Origin: Oceanispirochaeta sp.
GTDB lineage: Bacteria; Spirochaetota; Spirochaetia; DSM-2461
Reading direction: 5' to 3'
Length of the DNA: 64,000 nt
Assembly: GCA_963663385.2 (NCBI GenBank)
Contig: CAXXXD010000001.1
Coordinates: 96,001 to 160,000, forward strand
Both the position numbers and the translations under genes were made by a program. How positions within the stretch are numbered: the first letter of the stretch is position 1; each line of letters starts with the position of its first letter. The notes below the pieces were generated by a model that was not told the DNA's origin, did no database searches, and was given only the letters and a program-made list of their open reading frames with translations. This document shows positions 60,673 through 64,000 of this stretch, piece after piece.

Positions 60673-61272
60673 ATGGAAAGAGTTACCTGGAAACCGGGCA
60701 ATATGATATTCCCGGTACCGGCCGTCCTGGTAAGCAGTGGAGAAGAGGAGTCCGAGTACAATCTGATCACAGTGTCCTGGACAGGAACCATCTGCACCAA
60801 TCCTCCCCTCTGCTATATTTCTCTCCGGCCGGAGAGGCTCTCCCACGACATCATCAAAAGAACCGGCGAGTATGTTATTAACCTGACAACAGAAGAACTG
60901 GCGAAAGCCACAGACTGGTGCGGGGTCAAATCCGGCAGAGATTTTAACAAATTCAGGGAAATGCAGCTGACCCCGCTTCCGGCTACAGAGGTAAAAGCTC
61001 CCCTGATAAAGGAAAGTCCCATCAATATTGAATGCCGGGTTCGGGAGATAATGGAACTGGGAAGCCATGATATGTTTCTGTCGGAAGTTGTAGCGGTTAA
61101 CGCAGACAGCCGCTATATAGATCCGGAAACAGGAGCCTTCAATATGCAGAGAGCCGGGCTTATTGCCAGCGCTCATGGAAAATACTGTACACTGTCTCCG
61201 CCCATTGGCCATTTTGGCTACTCCATCAGAAAAAAGAAAAAAAAGACCCGGAGAAAACCGGAAAAGACCTGA
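60673..61272 (+). CDS. Flavin reductase-family protein
   Basis: PVPAVLVS, NLITVSW, CGVKSGRD..KF, ESPINIEC, GSHDMF. Confidence 0.88.
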   Translation: MERVTWKPGNMIFPVPAVLVSSGEEESEYNLITVSWTGTICTNPPLCYISLRPERLSHDIIKRTGEYVINLTTEELAKATDWCGVKSGRDFNKFREMQLTPLPATEVKAPLIKESPINIECRVREIMELGSHDMFLSEVVAVNADSRYIDPETGAFNMQRAGLIASAHGKYCTLSPPIGHFGYSIRKKKKKTRRKPEKT

Positions 61273-61299
61273 AGACTGTTTTTCTGATACAATACCTTT

Positions 61300-61929
61300 A
61301 TGATTTACAAAAAAGAACGTAAAGAGATAGCCTTTACCATGAGGCGCTTATACAGACAGAATCTGACAACCTGCTCAGGGGGAAATATCAGCCTGCGGGT
61401 AGGGAATAACCATATGCTCATAACCCCTTCCGGGCTGGATAAAGGAGAAATCAGTTTCAGACAGATTGCCCTGATGACTCTGGATGGAGAAAACCTGTCG
61501 ATTGGATTGAAACCCAGCATAGAGACGGATATGCACTTGAAGATTCTGCGATCCAGACCGGATGTAAACACAGTTGTTCATGCTCATCCCGTCCATGCCA
61601 GTTTTTTCAGCGCCACAGATTCAACGGTAAGAACAGATCTGCTTGCAGAAGCCCGGTACCTCCTGGAGGAACCGGCATTTGCCCCCTATGCTCTTATGGG
61701 AACAGAAGGACTGGGTGATCGGGTTTCCGCGGCCCTTGAAAAGGATAAGTCCGCTGTCTTTCTGGAGAACCATGGTGTATTAACCGTTGGAAGCAGCCTG
61801 CTCCAGGCATTTGACAGGATGGAAGTCCTCGAAGCCGCTGCTGTTATGACTTTAATGTCCCGGCAGGTTGAGGGAGTATCGGAACTGACAGGTGAACGAC
61901 TTAAGGAAATTGACCGTCTTCACAACTGA
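61300..61929 (+). CDS. Class II aldolase/adducin family protein
   Basis: SGGNIS, ITPSG, KPSIE, HAHP, ENHG. Confidence 0.88.
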   Translation: MIYKKERKEIAFTMRRLYRQNLTTCSGGNISLRVGNNHMLITPSGLDKGEISFRQIALMTLDGENLSIGLKPSIETDMHLKILRSRPDVNTVVHAHPVHASFFSATDSTVRTDLLAEARYLLEEPAFAPYALMGTEGLGDRVSAALEKDKSAVFLENHGVLTVGSSLLQAFDRMEVLEAAAVMTLMSRQVEGVSELTGERLKEIDRLHN

Positions 61930-61935
61930 TCAGAT

Positions 61936-62211
61936 CTACTCCAGGGCCGTACTCTCATCAGTCAGTCCGGAAAGGGACAGTTTCTGTTCCTCAATGACAT
62001 CTTCAGGATTTTCTCGCTCCACCAGGGTAAGGGAGTCATGTCTTAAAAGAACCGTCAAACCGTCAGAGTGGCTCCGGCTCATCCACTGATAGTCCGGACT
62101 TTCTGTCAGATTATCAAAAAAAAGAATCGATATTACCGTTTTCCCGGGAATATCCGGCCAGACAGATGAAATTCCAGGACCGGACAAAAGAAAAAAAAGA
62201 CCAGGAACCAC
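61936..62211 (-). pseudogene. Truncated CsgG/HfaB-domain gene fragment
   Basis: ISILFFDN...LVERENPEDVIEEQKLSLSGLTDESTALE parallels the N-terminal domain of 7255-8478 but stops mid-domain. Confidence 0.55.
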
Positions 62212-62482
62212 GACTTGTCCATACTCTAACTCCCTTTCAAACAGCTCTTACTTCAGAATATGAAGATTTCTTCATAAATAGCAAGCCTAATCTTCACCAT
62301 CCTTTTGAAGCTTACCAAATCTCCAAAAAATCTCCATCATACCAAAGACGAAACAGTTGTATCTTATAAGAGGAACTGAGGAGAAAGAATAGGCAGACAG
62401 GGAGTGACCGCCCGAAGAAGCATACAAACGAGCTGGAATACGACCGGTCTATTATTACTTTAAAACCCAGAGAGGTGATTAC

Positions 62483-64000
62483 ATGAAAAAATACAGAGAA
62501 AATACAAACAGTATCCCCGGGGAGCTTCCTCTTGTCCCCCTTAAAGGCTCAATCCTCTTTCCCGGTGGAAGCAGCACGGTAAGGATCAGCGGGCTCAAAG
62601 AAGATGAGAGTGTTTTTACCAGTAATAGAAACCAGGTTTCAATGGCAGCCGCTATTTCATTAAAAAAGAATTTTGACCTGGCCGAACTGGAGCAGGAGGA
62701 CTTTTTCACAATAGGAACACTGGCTGCAATTGAGTCTACCGAACACAGAAATGGAGAACTCCAGCTGAATATGCGCGGACTGGAAAGGATCCGACTGCAC
62801 AATATATATAAAAAAGATCGTCTTCTTTTCGCCAGTATAGAAATCATGGAAACCATAAATGATCTGGATGAGGAAAGCAGCCGGGTGCTGGCTGATAATA
62901 TTAAGGGACTGGCTAAAGATATTGCCTCCTTTTTTGAGGGAACCAACGAAGCCATACATCAGCTTGAACTGCTTCAAAATCCGCTGTCCCTTATTTACAG
63001 CATTATACCCTACCTGAATATTACACGGTCGGAGAAACAGGAACTCCTGGAAGAAGCGTCCCTGAAAGAGCTGGGCATGAAAGTACTGGATCATATGATC
63101 CGTCAGAAGGAATCCATCAAGATACAGTCTGAAATGGCTAACAAGATGACTGAAAAAACCAGTCGGTCCTACAGGGAAAATGTCCTGAGAGAGCAATTGA
63201 AGGTTATCCAGAATGAACTGCATGAAAACAGCGAGGAAGACGGCCTGAGTCTGAGGGACAGGATTGAGCAGTCTGACATGCCTGAGGATATCCGGAAAAC
63301 CGCATTGAAAGAGCTTGAGAAACTGGAGGACCAGCCTCCGGGGAGTCCTGAGACCAGGATTATACGCAGCTACATTGATCTGCTTCTTGATCTTCCATGG
63401 AAAACCATTGATACGGGAGAAATAGATCTGAATCTCTCCCGCAAGATTCTGGACGATCACCATTACGGACTGGAAAAAGTCAAGAAAAGGATTATTCAAC
63501 ACCTGGCTGTCATGAAACTGAAAAACGAGAAAAAGGGATCCATCCTTCTCCTCGTAGGCCCTCCGGGCACCGGAAAAACCAGCCTGGGGAAAAGCATCGC
63601 AGAATCCCTGAACCGCCCGTATGTGAGGGCCAGCCTGGGAGGAATGCGGGATGAAGCGGAAATACGCGGTCACCGCCGCACCTATGTAGGGGCCCTGCCG
63701 GGCCGTATTATTCAGGGGATGAAGAAAGCGGGGGCCACCAATCCTGTATTTGTTCTGGATGAAATCGATAAACTGATGCAGTCCTACAGCGGAGATCCGG
63801 CGGGGGCGCTCCTGGAAGTACTGGATCCCGAACAGAATAACAGTTTTTCCGACCACTATCTGGAAGTACCCTACGACCTTTCAAATGTGTTTTTTATCGC
63901 GACTGCCAATTCCCTGGAAACCATTCCCGGTCCCCTCAGGGACAGGATGGAGATCATTACCCTGTCCGGCTATACCAATCCCGAAAAACTTCACATAGGG
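62483..64000 (+). CDS. lon: ATP-dependent Lon protease (5' part; runs off the window)
   Basis: GAGAGG RBS, LPLVPL...ILFPG Lon-N, LREQLKVIQ.EL, DHYGLEKVKKRI, GPPGTGKT Walker A, GGMRDEAEIRGHRRTYVGA, LDEIDK. Confidence 0.95.
   Translation, partial: MKKYRENTNSIPGELPLVPLKGSILFPGGSSTVRISGLKEDESVFTSNRNQVSMAAAISLKKNFDLAELEQEDFFTIGTLAAIESTEHRNGELQLNMRGLERIRLHNIYKKDRLLFASIEIMETINDLDEESSRVLADNIKGLAKDIASFFEGTNEAIHQLELLQNPLSLIYSIIPYLNITRSEKQELLEEASLKELGMKVLDHMIRQKESIKIQSEMANKMTEKTSRSYRENVLREQLKVIQNELHENSEEDGLSLRDRIEQSDMPEDIRKTALKELEKLEDQPPGSPETRIIRSYIDLLLDLPWKTIDTGEIDLNLSRKILDDHHYGLEKVKKRIIQHLAVMKLKNEKKGSILLLVGPPGTGKTSLGKSIAESLNRPYVRASLGGMRDEAEIRGHRRTYVGALPGRIIQGMKKAGATNPVFVLDEIDKLMQSYSGDPAGALLEVLDPEQNNSFSDHYLEVPYDLSNVFFIATANSLETIPGPLRDRMEIITLSGYTNPEKLHIG

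Noticed and set aside
62212..62482. Heat-shock operator (CIRCE) or ncRNA upstream of lon
   Set aside because: No TTAGCACTC-N9-GAGTGCTAA and no convincing structure.
62660..63856. 398-aa minus-strand ORF
   Set aside because: Antisense shadow of lon, which has clear motifs on the + strand and is missing from the ORF track only because it runs off the window.
1..64000. CRISPR arrays, tRNA/rRNA genes, defence systems
   Set aside because: No regularly spaced repeats, cloverleaf or rRNA-like sequence, or cas/restriction genes recognised by eye.

Overview
Bacterial chromosomal window, most likely from a free-living spirochaete. This is inferred from the Cys-less F-A-x-G-x-[QK]-E signal-peptide junctions of the solute-binding proteins and from the gene repertoire. 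No rRNA, tRNA, CRISPR array, integrase or transposase was recognised. Content from left to right: (1) 3' end of a TonB-dependent receptor, a beta-propeller lipoprotein, TonB and a DUF1007/Ni-Co-transporter pair; (2) an atypical ClC, a GNAT, and a CsgG/PEGA-like protein; (3) AraC + GH1 and a ROK-regulated sugar ABC/sulfatase operon; (4) a GntR-linked methylthioadenosine/5'-deoxyadenosine (possibly SAM/SAH) uptake and catabolism cluster with two MtaD-like deaminases, an Asn-type MtnP, MtnA, a class II aldolase, an ECF transporter and a PLP gamma-lyase; (5) kbl-tdh; (6) a monosaccharide (CUT2) ABC operon with a clear sigma54 promoter, preceded by an NtrC-type activator and a soluble histidine kinase whose N-terminus is an ABC ATPase domain, which is the most striking candidate novel system; (7) ribokinase, LacI, MFS, AraC and a UroD-family gene; (8) an ~8 kb two-component/sugar ABC/GH31 islet bounded by 96-bp direct repeats that duplicate the 3' end of a permease gene; (9) a LacI-regulated sugar ABC operon; (10) a pirin remnant, an HD-GYP protein, a catalytically degenerate agmatinase-like protein, a flavin reductase, an aldolase, a CsgG fragment, and the 5' part of lon. 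All product calls come from motif recognition by eye; no database search was run.
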